Program-made: the position numbers and the translations under genes
Shown: positions 8,612 through 18,005 of the stretch, piece by piece
How positions within the stretch are numbered: the stretch's first letter is position 1
Layout: each line of letters starts with the position of its first letter
Notes under the pieces: model-generated
What the model was told of the DNA's origin: nothing
What the model saw: the letters and a program-made list of their open reading frames with translations, nothing else
Database searches by the model: none
Source of the DNA: Candidatus Omnitrophota bacterium
Lineage (GTDB): Bacteria > Omnitrophota > Gorgyraeia > Duberdicusellales > 4484-171
Direction: 5' to 3'
Assembly: GCA_014729775.1 (NCBI GenBank)
Contig: WJJJ01000025.1
Coordinates: forward strand, 53,790 to 117,789
Length of the DNA: 64,000 nt

Positions 8612-9862
8612 ATGAATATTGAATCAATTGAAACCGTGGCGGTCGGCGGGTGGAGCAAAACCGGTATGTCACTCGCAAAGCTCCTGCTTACCTTAGGAAA
8701 AAAAGTGAAGGTCACCGAAGAGCGTGAGCGGGGATGTTTTTCTCCCGCGCTCATTGACGTATTTGCGCGTAAAGGCGTGTGTTTTGAATTCGGCGGCCAT
8801 TCACTCCGTTTTTTGCGTGATGCCGGTCTGCTCATCGTGAGTCCGGGAATCGATTTGCAGCGTTCGGCGCTGTCTGCGCATGCCCGGGAACTGTGTATCC
8901 CGGCCGTGGGGGAGATCGAATTCTGCTTTTGGCTGACGCGGGCCCGCTGTGTCGGTATCACGGGAACCAACGGAAAAAGCACCACCACGTTTCTTACCTA
9001 CCTGGTATTGAAAGAGAAGCGGAAACGGGTGTTTTTGGGAGGTAATATCGGTATCCCGTTTTCTTCGTTCGTGCGCCGGACGAGAAAGAACGATCTCATC
9101 GTGCTCGAATTGAGTTCCTTTCAGCTGGAAACGATTCTCGAGTTCCATCCCTTTGTCGCCGCGTTATTAAACATCGAGCCCGACCATTTGGACCGATATC
9201 CCGGTTATGCCGAATATAAGGCCGCAAAATTCAACATTTTCCGCAATCAGCGTCCAGATGAGTGGGCGGTCGTGAACGAACGCTTCCTGCCGGAAGTAAG
9301 ACAAACGCTGCGTGCCCGCTGCGTTCCTTTTTCCGGAGGGGAAAACGAGAATGTCGACTGTGTCACCCGCATCGCGGGGTTGTTCCAAATTCCCCGGGAA
9401 ACCGTTACCGCGGTAGGCGCCGGGTTTCACGGATTGCCTCACCGGCTTCAAACCGTAAAAAAAATTCAGGGTATCAGCTTTATCAATGATTCCAAGGCGA
9501 CGAATCCCGCGTCCACGCTGTGGGCTCTGCAAAGGGTGAAGAAGAAAGGGAAACGGATCCTTTTGATCGCCGGAGGCAAGGATAAGGGGGTGTCTTACGA
9601 ATGTCTCCGGGATAAATTCAGCGGCGTCAAACAGCTGTTTCTTATTGGTGAATCCGCGCCGAAGATACATAAAGCATTCAGGGATCGGTGTCCTGCCGAG
9701 ATCTGTCCTTCTCTGGAGGAAGCGGTAAAGGAAGCCTACCGGAATGCCCAGCGCGGCGATGTGGTGCTGTTGTCACCGATGTGCGCGAGTTTTGATATGT
9801 TCCGTAATTACACTGAGCGCGGATCGCGGTTTACCGCCGCGGTAAATAAGCTGAGTTCGTGA
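8612..9862 (+). CDS. murD: UDP-MurNAc-L-Ala:D-Glu ligase
   Basis: VSPGI, GITGTNGKSTT, GGNIG, ELSSFQL, DHLDRY, NDSKATN, LLSPMCASFDMF. Confidence 0.96.
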   Translation: MNIESIETVAVGGWSKTGMSLAKLLLTLGKKVKVTEERERGCFSPALIDVFARKGVCFEFGGHSLRFLRDAGLLIVSPGIDLQRSALSAHARELCIPAVGEIEFCFWLTRARCVGITGTNGKSTTTFLTYLVLKEKRKRVFLGGNIGIPFSSFVRRTRKNDLIVLELSSFQLETILEFHPFVAALLNIEPDHLDRYPGYAEYKAAKFNIFRNQRPDEWAVVNERFLPEVRQTLRARCVPFSGGENENVDCVTRIAGLFQIPRETVTAVGAGFHGLPHRLQTVKKIQGISFINDSKATNPASTLWALQRVKKKGKRILLIAGGKDKGVSYECLRDKFSGVKQLFLIGESAPKIHKAFRDRCPAEICPSLEEAVKEAYRNAQRGDVVLLSPMCASFDMFRNYTERGSRFTAAVNKLSS

Positions 9863-9869
9863 TCCGGAA

Positions 9870-11021
9870 ATGAACGGTATATTCGGGAGATGGAAAGAAA
9901 ACATATGGCCGAGTACCTTGCGGCGCCAGCGGCGGGTTCTCTTCCTTTCTGTACTCGGACTGACGTTATTCGGCATACTCATGGTCTATGAAGCATCGAG
10001 CGTGTACGCTTATCATATCGCTTCCGACCCGGCCTATTTTCTCAAAAGACAATTTGTGTTTTTTCTCGCCGGCCTGGCCGCTTTTTTTCTGACGATCTTT
10101 TTCGTCGATCTGGACTGGCTCCGCCAGTACTATAAGGAGATTTTGGGCGCTACGCTGGTGTTACTGGCACTCGTTCTTTTTCTGGGGAAAAGTGCCGGCG
10201 GGGCCAAAAGGTGGCTCTCTCTGGGAATTGTACACGTGCAGCCCAGTGAATTCCTGAAGATAAGTTTCGTGCTTTTCGGGGCGGAGTATTTCCGGAGAAA
10301 GGGAAAGAAGATACGGTCTTTGCGGGAAGGCGTCCTGCCGATGATGGGAGTACTCGCGGTTATTGGGGTGCTTTCGCTGTTGCAGCCCGATCTGGGCACG
10401 GCGATTTTCTGGGTCATATGGGTGTTTTTGATGTTGTTCCTTTACAAGGCGCGGATTCGTCACTTATCGGCCGTGGGAGGGGTGGGAATACTCTTATGCG
10501 CGCTATTAATTTTTGCCTCTCCTTACCGGATGCGGCGGATCGTCTCTTATCTGAATCCGTTTCTTGATCCCCAGGGCGCAGGTTTTCAGCTCATCCAGTC
10601 ACAAATCGCCTACGGGAGCGGCGGATTATTCGGGGTAGGATTGGGTGAAGGGAAACAAAAACTTTTTTTTCTTCCCGCAGCGCACACTGATTTTGTGTAT
10701 TCGATTATCGCGGAAGAGTTCGGCCTGCTGGTAAGTGGAGGGATTCTGTTTCTTTTTTATTTTCTTTTTCATCACATGTACCGGATAGCGGTAAGGTGTC
10801 AGGACCCCTTTCGGCGGGCCGTGTTATGGGGCGTGATCTGCGTGTTTTTCCTTGAAATCATACTGAATATCGGCGTCACCTGCGGAGTCTTTCCCACCAA
10901 GGGAATGGCACTTCCTTTTTTGAGTTACGGGGGCAGTAATCTTATCACCCATTACGTTCTTCTCGGAATTTTTTTCAATGCGACGCGAACGAACACACCA
11001 CATAACTCTCTTCGTATGTGA
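9870..11021 (+). CDS. ftsW: SEDS peptidoglycan polymerase FtsW
   Basis: GAKRW, QPSEFLK, QPDLG, LPAAHTDF, LPFLSYGGS; dcw position. Confidence 0.95.
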   Translation: MNGIFGRWKENIWPSTLRRQRRVLFLSVLGLTLFGILMVYEASSVYAYHIASDPAYFLKRQFVFFLAGLAAFFLTIFFVDLDWLRQYYKEILGATLVLLALVLFLGKSAGGAKRWLSLGIVHVQPSEFLKISFVLFGAEYFRRKGKKIRSLREGVLPMMGVLAVIGVLSLLQPDLGTAIFWVIWVFLMLFLYKARIRHLSAVGGVGILLCALLIFASPYRMRRIVSYLNPFLDPQGAGFQLIQSQIAYGSGGLFGVGLGEGKQKLFFLPAAHTDFVYSIIAEEFGLLVSGGILFLFYFLFHHMYRIAVRCQDPFRRAVLWGVICVFFLEIILNIGVTCGVFPTKGMALPFLSYGGSNLITHYVLLGIFFNATRTNTPHNSLRM

Positions 11022-12027
11022 ACGGAGCGGGGGACATTTATTTCCCGCGTTGAGTCTGGCCCGGGAAATGCGCCGAAGAGACACGGGGTATCCGGTGTTT
11101 TTCGTCACGTCGGCGCAGTTGAAGCTTTTGATCCGGCGTGAGAATTTCCCCGTGTATGGGCGCGGTTTTCGGCGGCGGAATTTAATCCTGGAATTATGCT
11201 ATCGCTTTTGGGAGGCGCCGCTCCTTTTGTGCCGCTGCCGGCCGGCGAAGGTGTTTGGATTCGGCGGGAGGGACAGTTTTTTTCTCATGCTTTGGGCTGT
11301 CCTGCTGCGCATGGGCCCGGTACTCTATGAACCGAATTCGGTTTTCGGCCGGGCCAATAAGATTCTTTCGCCCTTTATGAAACGCAATTTTTGCGGTTTC
11401 AGGCCGCTTTGCCGGGGACGGCACATTGTTTGTGCCGGGATCCCCGTCCGCGATGATCTTCAAAAGCTCCCGGCGGGGGAGGCGAAAGAAAAGCTTGGTT
11501 TTGGGGCCGATGCGGTGGTGCTTACGGTTTGCGGAGGGAGTCAGGGCTCTCAATTCCTGAATGATCTTATGATGAAACTGGCGCTTGTCATTCCGTCACA
11601 CGTGAAAATCGTACACATCACGGGCCGTCGGGGATATACGGAAACCAGGAAATTTTACGAGAGGACGGCAGTCAGGGCGCGGGTGTTGGATTTTTGTACC
11701 GATATGAGCACGGTATATTCAGCGACGGATGTGATCATATCGCGAAGCGGCGCGATGACCTTAGGGGAAATTATTTATTTTCAAATTCCTCCGGTCTTTA
11801 TCCCGCATCCCGGCGGTTTTTCCCATCAATACCGCAACGCGGATTTTCTCCAGCAGCGAAACGCCGCCGCGGTTTTTCGGCAGAATGAGATCGATTTTCA
11901 GCAGTTTACTGATGCCGTGTCCGAATTATTAACTAACCCTTTGCCGCGGAAGAGGATGGCCGAGCAGCTCGCTGCCGTGCAGACGGCAGTATCTGCGCGG
12001 AAGTTTTATGATCGGGTGTTTGAATGA
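10978..12027 (+). CDS. murG: Lipid II GlcNAc transferase MurG (divergent)
   Basis: SGGHLFPA, EPN..GRANK, GIPVR, GGSQGS, SRSGAMT, HQYRNA; follows ftsW. Confidence 0.88.
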   Translation: MRRERTHHITLFVCERSGGHLFPALSLAREMRRRDTGYPVFFVTSAQLKLLIRRENFPVYGRGFRRRNLILELCYRFWEAPLLLCRCRPAKVFGFGGRDSFFLMLWAVLLRMGPVLYEPNSVFGRANKILSPFMKRNFCGFRPLCRGRHIVCAGIPVRDDLQKLPAGEAKEKLGFGADAVVLTVCGGSQGSQFLNDLMMKLALVIPSHVKIVHITGRRGYTETRKFYERTAVRARVLDFCTDMSTVYSATDVIISRSGAMTLGEIIYFQIPPVFIPHPGGFSHQYRNADFLQQRNAAAVFRQNEIDFQQFTDAVSELLTNPLPRKRMAEQLAAVQTAVSARKFYDRVFE

Positions 12028-12851
12028 GAAAAAAAACGACGTGTATCGCATTGGTGGTATGTCTGTGCAGTGCCTGCGGGGGCGCCCCTGTCCTGGCGGA
12101 TGCGCCGCCGATGCCCGATGTGTCTCTTTCCGGCACGGAAGAAGAGTTTTCCCAGAAGCGCTCGGAACATTTCATCGTCTATTACGATCCGGAAGTCAGC
12201 GAAGCGGCCGCGCGCAAAATCAGCGCGATGGCCGAACGGTATTACCGTTCCATTACCCAGGAGTTCCGGCTGATTCGGGAAGATCTTTGGCTGTGGGATA
12301 ACCGGGCGCGAATTTACGTGGCGAAAGACCGGGGAGAATATCTGCGCAGATTCCGCTGTCAGCAGTGGTCGGCGGCCTGCGTGGATTACCGCTCAAAGAA
12401 GATTTTCACTTATCCGTCACAAAATGATTTTTCGGGATTGCTGCTGCATGAGTTAACCCACATTATATTCCGGGAGTACGTCGGACACCGGCGTCTGCCT
12501 TTATGGATCGATGAAGGCGTGGCTACGTACATGGAATACAAAAATTCTCCCTCCGGAGACCGGCTGCTGCGAATGACAGAGGAGATGGTACGGGAAGACG
12601 CCTATATTCCTTTCCGCCGGATCCAGGCGATGTCGCGCCTGAGTAAGTCCGGTCGGGCAGCGCGCCGATTTTATGCGCAGTCCTACAGCATGATCGTGTT
12701 CCTCCGTCAATTTGGAAGTCATTATTTTAAGCCTTTCCTTTCCGCCCTGAAACGGGGCGAATCAGTCGGTGATTCATTAGGAAGTTCCTACCGCTCGTTA
12801 CGGTCGATCGAACAATTTGAAAAAGCATGGAAGAGACATTACCAAAAGTAA
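12024..12851 (+). CDS. Exported gluzincin metallopeptidase (peptidase MA-like), possible lipoprotein
   Basis: Signal peptide with possible lipobox (LCSAC); HELTH..WIDEGVA zinc motif; FYAQS. Confidence 0.75.
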   Translation: MRKKTTCIALVVCLCSACGGAPVLADAPPMPDVSLSGTEEEFSQKRSEHFIVYYDPEVSEAAARKISAMAERYYRSITQEFRLIREDLWLWDNRARIYVAKDRGEYLRRFRCQQWSAACVDYRSKKIFTYPSQNDFSGLLLHELTHIIFREYVGHRRLPLWIDEGVATYMEYKNSPSGDRLLRMTEEMVREDAYIPFRRIQAMSRLSKSGRAARRFYAQSYSMIVFLRQFGSHYFKPFLSALKRGESVGDSLGSSYRSLRSIEQFEKAWKRHYQK

Positions 12852-14203
12852 CCAATGTGCATCTGGTTGGGATAGGCGGGATCGGCATGAGCGCGCTCGC
12901 TTTTCTCCTACGCGAAAAGGGGATCGGCGTTTCAGGCTCGGATCTCCGGGACAACCCTACGGTCAACGAATTGCGGAAATCCGGGATCAAGGTGTATATC
13001 GGACACCGCCCTGAACACATTACGCATGCGGATCTGGTGTGTATTTCCTCTGCCGTCGGAGTTTCCAATCCAGAAGTCCGCGCGGCGCGTTCCCGGGGAG
13101 TTCCGGTCTGGCCGCGGGCGCGGATGTTAGCCGCGCTTGCCGCCGGATGTAAATCGATCTGCGTGAGCGGAGCTCACGGAAAGACGACGACCACCTCGCT
13201 CCTGGGGTTTGTGCTTTCCCAGCTCGGGTTTGCGCCCACAGTGTGTATCGGCGGGGTGCCTCTCAATTTTTCACGGCATGCGTGGTGGGGGAAGGATTAT
13301 TTCGTGATCGAAGCGGACGAAAGCGACGGGAGCTTTCTTTACTACACGCCGGAGTTTTCGGTTCTCACCAACATCGATACCGAGCATCTCGAATATTACG
13401 GTACGCCCGCCCGCCTGCGGGAGGCATTCAAAAAGTTTGCCGCCAATACCAAACACACGGTGGTCGCCTGCGCCGAGGATCCGCAGGTGCGCGCCGTGAC
13501 CGAATCCGTAACACATTGCTGGTACGGGTTCGATTCTTCTTTACCTGTACACGCCCGGGATGTGCGCTGTGAAGAAAGGGGCATGCGTTTTACCGCGTCG
13601 GTACATTCTCAGGAATTCGACGTATTTCTTCCCCTGGTGGGAGCACATAACGTGCTGAACGCGCTCGCGGTCTTTTCGGTGTGTTCGTTGCTTTGCGCCG
13701 CGCCCCGGAAAGTGACTCATGCCGTTCGTGAATTCAAAGGAACTCATCGCCGCTTTCAGTTCAAAGCGCAGGTCGGCGGGGTGACCTTTATCGATGATTA
13801 TGCCCATCATCCCACCGAGATCCGGGCGGTACTGCAGGCACTGAAATATCTTCCGGCGAAACGCCGCTGGGTAATATTTGAACCGCACCGGTTTACCAGG
13901 GTGAAACGTCTCGCCGACGAATTCGCGGAATGCTTTGCCGGTGCCGATACTCTTATCCTTACCGATATTTATTCGGCCGCCGAAGCCCCTCTTCCTGGAG
14001 CGACGGTAGAGGACCTTTTCCGGCGGATCCGGCGCGGATATGACGGGCAGTTGTACTATGTCCCTAAACATGAACTGGCGGGGATGCTCGGCGGGCGGGT
14101 ACGGTCCGGCGATGTGATCCTCGGTTTGGGGGCGGGGGAGATCAGCGAATTGATGGAGAAGATCATAGATGAATTCCGATTACGGCACGATACTGCTGGA
14201 TGA
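12827..14203 (+). CDS. murC: UDP-MurNAc:L-Ala ligase
   Basis: HLVGIGGIGMSALA, GAHGKTTTTS, EADESDGSF, DDYAHHPTEI. Confidence 0.97.
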   Translation: MEETLPKVTNVHLVGIGGIGMSALAFLLREKGIGVSGSDLRDNPTVNELRKSGIKVYIGHRPEHITHADLVCISSAVGVSNPEVRAARSRGVPVWPRARMLAALAAGCKSICVSGAHGKTTTTSLLGFVLSQLGFAPTVCIGGVPLNFSRHAWWGKDYFVIEADESDGSFLYYTPEFSVLTNIDTEHLEYYGTPARLREAFKKFAANTKHTVVACAEDPQVRAVTESVTHCWYGFDSSLPVHARDVRCEERGMRFTASVHSQEFDVFLPLVGAHNVLNALAVFSVCSLLCAAPRKVTHAVREFKGTHRRFQFKAQVGGVTFIDDYAHHPTEIRAVLQALKYLPAKRRWVIFEPHRFTRVKRLADEFAECFAGADTLILTDIYSAAEAPLPGATVEDLFRRIRRGYDGQLYYVPKHELAGMLGGRVRSGDVILGLGAGEISELMEKIIDEFRLRHDTAG

Positions 14204-15029
14204 ACCTCTTGCTTCCTATACGACGCTGAAAATAGGAGGGCCGTCGGCCCGTCTTTTTTTTGCGGCTTCCGAGGAGGAATTGAGCAAGATCCTTACCAGC
14301 TTCAGGGAAGAACCGCTGATATTGGGCGCGGGTTCCAATCTTTTGATCAGCGACCGCGGTACGCACAGACCGGTGATCAAACTTACCGGTCATATGCGGA
14401 CAGTTTCCCGGCAGGGGAATATTATCAGCGCGGGAGCGGGCGTCAGATTGCCCGAACTGCTGAGATTTTGCATCGCGCATCGGTTAACCGGCTTGGAACC
14501 GTTCGCCGGAATCCCGGGATCACTCGGAGGGATGGTCAAAATGAACGCGTCGGCGCACGGGTGCGCGGTGAGCGATTATGTGACGCAGATCGAAGCTTTT
14601 ACCCGCCGGGGCAGGCACGAGGTCATCCCCGCGGAACGGCTCGATTTTCGCCGGCGTCATTGCGCGCTTAGCGGAGCGGTTATCACCCGGGTGAAACTGT
14701 GTGTGCGTCCCGCGAATAAGGATATCCGCGGACGAATCAGGGCGGTTGTGCAACGGCGTCTGCGTACGCAGGATTATCGTTATCCTTCCTGCGGCTGTGT
14801 ATTTCGCAATCCTTCCACCGCGCCGGCGGGAAAGCTTATCGATGAGTGCGGATTAAAAGGACTTCGCCGCGGAGGGGCATTGATTTCTCCGGTCCACGCA
14901 AATTTTATCGTCAACACGGGCGGTGCCCGTTATGCTGATGTTGATTTTCTCATCAGTCAGATCCGTCGCAAAGTGTATGACCGGTTCCGTGTCCGGCTAA
15001 AAGAGGAAGTCACTCGTTGGTCCTCGTGA
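14169..15029 (+). CDS. murB: UDP-N-acetylenolpyruvoylglucosamine reductase
   Basis: TTLKIGG, LGAGSNLL, GIPGSLGG..MNA, SCGCVFRNP, HANFIVN. Confidence 0.96.
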   Translation: MNSDYGTILLDEPLASYTTLKIGGPSARLFFAASEEELSKILTSFREEPLILGAGSNLLISDRGTHRPVIKLTGHMRTVSRQGNIISAGAGVRLPELLRFCIAHRLTGLEPFAGIPGSLGGMVKMNASAHGCAVSDYVTQIEAFTRRGRHEVIPAERLDFRRRHCALSGAVITRVKLCVRPANKDIRGRIRAVVQRRLRTQDYRYPSCGCVFRNPSTAPAGKLIDECGLKGLRRGGALISPVHANFIVNTGGARYADVDFLISQIRRKVYDRFRVRLKEEVTRWSS

Positions 15030-15074
15030 AATCCGCGTGTTTACGGATATCTCTGAAAAGAAGTGAGGTTTCTC

Positions 15075-15103
15075 CTGTAAACCCCGGAAAAATTTGTTAT
15101 AAT
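15075..15103 (+). promoter_or_regulatory. Sigma70 promoter (extended -10) for ddl-ftsQ-ftsA
   Basis: CTGTAA-17 nt-TATAAT with TGn extension, in an AT-rich gap; ATG begins 8 nt after the -10. Confidence 0.6.
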
Positions 15104-15110
15104 AACAACG

Positions 15111-16100
15111 ATGCCTGAACGCAAATCGAAGTCCGGTCGCGGCCAATGCCGGGTCGGGGTATTAGGAGGAGGAATATCTTCGGAAAGGGAGATCTCACTG
15201 CTTTCAGCCCGCTCCGTGACCGATGCGTTGAATCGGTGCAGGATCCCGGCAGTAATGATCGACGTTGATTCTTCGGATCCTGAGCGAATGCGAAACCTGC
15301 TCCGGAAGGACGGGATCGGTTTCGTGTTTATCGCTCTCCACGGAGAATACGGGGAGGACGGGCAGGTTCAGCGGCTTCTTGGTCAGGAGAAAATGAGGTA
15401 TACCGGATCCTCTCCCTCCGCCAGCGCCCGGGCAATGGATAAGGTGTGCGCGAAGGAAGTGTTTCAACAGCACGGCATTTATACGCCGCGGGGACGGGTA
15501 TGCGGAGACGCTGATGATATCGGCGTGTATCCCGAATTCCCCTGCGTGGTGAAGCCGTCCCGGTCCGGTTCCAGTATCGGAGTGGAAATAGTGGAAGAAC
15601 CCCGCGGCCTTCGTCCTGCAGTGGAGCGGGCGGCCGCGATTCAGAAACCGGTGCTGATCGAAGAATACGTTCCGGGCCGCGAAGTGACCGTGGGGATTTT
15701 GGGTAACCAGGCATTATCCGTCATCGAAATAATTCCCCGGCAGCGATACTATGATTACCGGGCGAAGTATTGCGATGAAGCAACGCGTTTCCGCCACGCA
15801 ACGGACCTGGAACCTGAGCGCTACCGGGAGATCCAGGATATCGGGCTGAAGGCACATCGCGTGCTGGGATGCCGGGGATTTTCACGGGTGGACGTCCGCC
15901 TCACCAACGAAAAAATACCTTACGTCCTGGAAGTGAATTCTATTCCGGGATTTACTTCTCATAGTTTATTGCCGTTGTCGGCAAAATATTCCGGTATTGA
16001 TTTTGATGAGCTGGTAGTACAGATACTCAACCAAGCAGGATATGGCAAGGAAACGTCGCAAACGAAAATCTCAGCGAAAAAAGCTCAGAATACCTCCTAA
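15111..16100 (+). CDS. ddl: D-alanine--D-alanine ligase
   Basis: GGISSEREISL, LHGEYGEDG, VVKP..GSSIG, YDYRAKY, LEVNSIPG. Confidence 0.96.
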   Translation: MPERKSKSGRGQCRVGVLGGGISSEREISLLSARSVTDALNRCRIPAVMIDVDSSDPERMRNLLRKDGIGFVFIALHGEYGEDGQVQRLLGQEKMRYTGSSPSASARAMDKVCAKEVFQQHGIYTPRGRVCGDADDIGVYPEFPCVVKPSRSGSSIGVEIVEEPRGLRPAVERAAAIQKPVLIEEYVPGREVTVGILGNQALSVIEIIPRQRYYDYRAKYCDEATRFRHATDLEPERYREIQDIGLKAHRVLGCRGFSRVDVRLTNEKIPYVLEVNSIPGFTSHSLLPLSAKYSGIDFDELVVQILNQAGYGKETSQTKISAKKAQNTS

Positions 16101-16800
16101 AATATTTTTGTGGACGGGGATCGGCATAGGCATTCTCGCGACCATTATCGTGATCGGCCGCGCCGTATACAAATCCGATGCGTTCCTCATCACCAGAGTG
16201 GTAGTCGATGAGCCTCTGGACAAAAGAGTGGAGAGGGAACTTCTCGGCCGGTCTTTATTCCGGATTCCTCTCCAGGAGATCCAGCGCGATCTCATGGAGG
16301 AGTATCCGGAACTCAAGGCGATTCGGATCGTCAAGCAGTTCCCTTCGACGGTGAGCATACAGGTCCGGCCGAGGAAACCGGTTGCACAGTGGAAGACTAC
16401 CCGTTATTATCTGATGGGACGCGAAGGCGTAGTCCTGGATTCCGGACGCGATGAGCCCTATTCGGAGTATGTGGTGATTGAGACGAACGGCTACCGGGGA
16501 AGGATCTCGAAAGGAATGCAGATCGATGATCGCGCACTGCAGGGGGCGCTTTCACTCGCAGAAATCATTCAGTCGAGTTCATTCCTTCGTGAGTATACCG
16601 TGCGTACCATCAACGCTTCTCAGCTTCCGGCATTATCGTTCTCGCTCGGCGGGATCAATGTGATGGTAGGCGAAGGAGACTGGAGAAAAAAAATCGCTCT
16701 GCTGCAGACTCTTCTCGAAGAAAAAATACGGGAAAATCTTTCCGCGGTGAAGTATATCGATTTACGCTACCAGAAGGTATATGTTGGTTACAAACGATGA
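16042..16800 (+). CDS. ftsQ: Cell division protein FtsQ/DivIB
   Basis: Basic N-tail, single TM, POTRA-like (KQFPSTVSI), C-terminal YIDLRY; position after ddl. Confidence 0.88.
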   Translation: MARKRRKRKSQRKKLRIPPKIFLWTGIGIGILATIIVIGRAVYKSDAFLITRVVVDEPLDKRVERELLGRSLFRIPLQEIQRDLMEEYPELKAIRIVKQFPSTVSIQVRPRKPVAQWKTTRYYLMGREGVVLDSGRDEPYSEYVVIETNGYRGRISKGMQIDDRALQGALSLAEIIQSSSFLREYTVRTINASQLPALSFSLGGINVMVGEGDWRKKIALLQTLLEEKIRENLSAVKYIDLRYQKVYVGYKR

Positions 16801-16815
16801 GAGCCCGCTAGTACG

Positions 16816-17988
16816 ATGTTTCGGCTGACGAATGGCGTATGCGGAATGGAAGTCGCTGACGACAGGACTTTTTTCTCCTATGCATCGGCGTCGGGAAAAA
16901 ATATGCATGTGATTGAGGAATCATGGGTGCCCGTTCCTTTTTCCGGGGACGATCTTGTCGCACATTTCAAAGAGAACTTCAATCTTTTCGCTGCCGAATT
17001 ACAGCACAAAGAAAAAAAACACCGGTTAAAGATCCGGCGTCTTTTTGTCAATCTGCCCGCCCGGTTTACGCGTGTTTCCACTGTCGAACACACCGTTTCT
17101 TTTCGTCGTGAAAAGAAAATTTCGATCCGTGATGTGCTTTCCGCCAAACAGTACGTGGAAGAATCCGCCTCGGAGTGGGGCGAATGCTGTCTGCATCATG
17201 TTGTCGAGCGTTACTGGGTAAACGGCGGGGAGAGTTTTTCTCCGCCGGTGGGAACATGGAGCGGGAAAATAAGACTGCGTTGTCGTCTTATTTGGGTGAG
17301 AAACAATGTGTGGGCGGAGCTCAATGAAATCGCGACGCACTTTCATACTCGTCTCGGCGGAGTGATTGCCGAGGAAATGAGCGTGTTGTCTTCAAGCGGA
17401 GACGCGAGCGGAATACTCCCTGAAAAAGCCGTGCTCAAAATCGGTTATCATGATACCGTCTTTCTCTACTGGCGGAAAAAAAAGGTGATCTCCGAAAGGA
17501 GGTTTCCGTTCGGACTGCGGGGAATTTTTTGCCGGATGGCGGAACGGTTCAGTCTGTCTCTGCCGGTCGCGGAACAGGTTTTTCACCGTTATTTTTCTTT
17601 GAAGCCCGAAGTCGTTCGCTCTTCGCGCCGGCTCGGGGAAGTAAGCGTGAAGAGCGGTGATGCCTACGTCAATCTCAGTGTAGGCGCGGTCAACCGCTTC
17701 CTGCGCGAAGTCATTCACCGGGAGTTGGAGCGGATCCTCGATGAATGTATTCCGGAGATCGGCGGAGATCGCACGTCAGTGACGGTAACAGGCAGACTGA
17801 ACGGGCGGGAAGGATGGGCCCGTTTTTTGAGAGAGCACTTCGCAAGGCCGGTGCTGGCGGCTTCCGCCCGGGAAAGCGCGGCTTTCGGCGCGTCCCGGTA
17901 CGGATTATTTCCTTGTTTAGATCGTGAAACCGTGCCTCAAAAAAAATTTTTTCGGCGCATATCGGAACTGTACCGTGAATACTTTTAA
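16816..17988 (+). CDS. ftsA: Highly divergent FtsA-like protein
   Basis: Follows ftsQ; 1C-subdomain-like LHH..YWVNG..PPVG; C-terminal amphipathic FFRRISELYREYF; nucleotide-binding motifs degenerate. Confidence 0.7.
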   Translation: MFRLTNGVCGMEVADDRTFFSYASASGKNMHVIEESWVPVPFSGDDLVAHFKENFNLFAAELQHKEKKHRLKIRRLFVNLPARFTRVSTVEHTVSFRREKKISIRDVLSAKQYVEESASEWGECCLHHVVERYWVNGGESFSPPVGTWSGKIRLRCRLIWVRNNVWAELNEIATHFHTRLGGVIAEEMSVLSSSGDASGILPEKAVLKIGYHDTVFLYWRKKKVISERRFPFGLRGIFCRMAERFSLSLPVAEQVFHRYFSLKPEVVRSSRRLGEVSVKSGDAYVNLSVGAVNRFLREVIHRELERILDECIPEIGGDRTSVTVTGRLNGREGWARFLREHFARPVLAASARESAAFGASRYGLFPCLDRETVPQKKFFRRISELYREYF

Positions 17989-18005
17989 CCCCGGACTTTT
18001 CTTCA

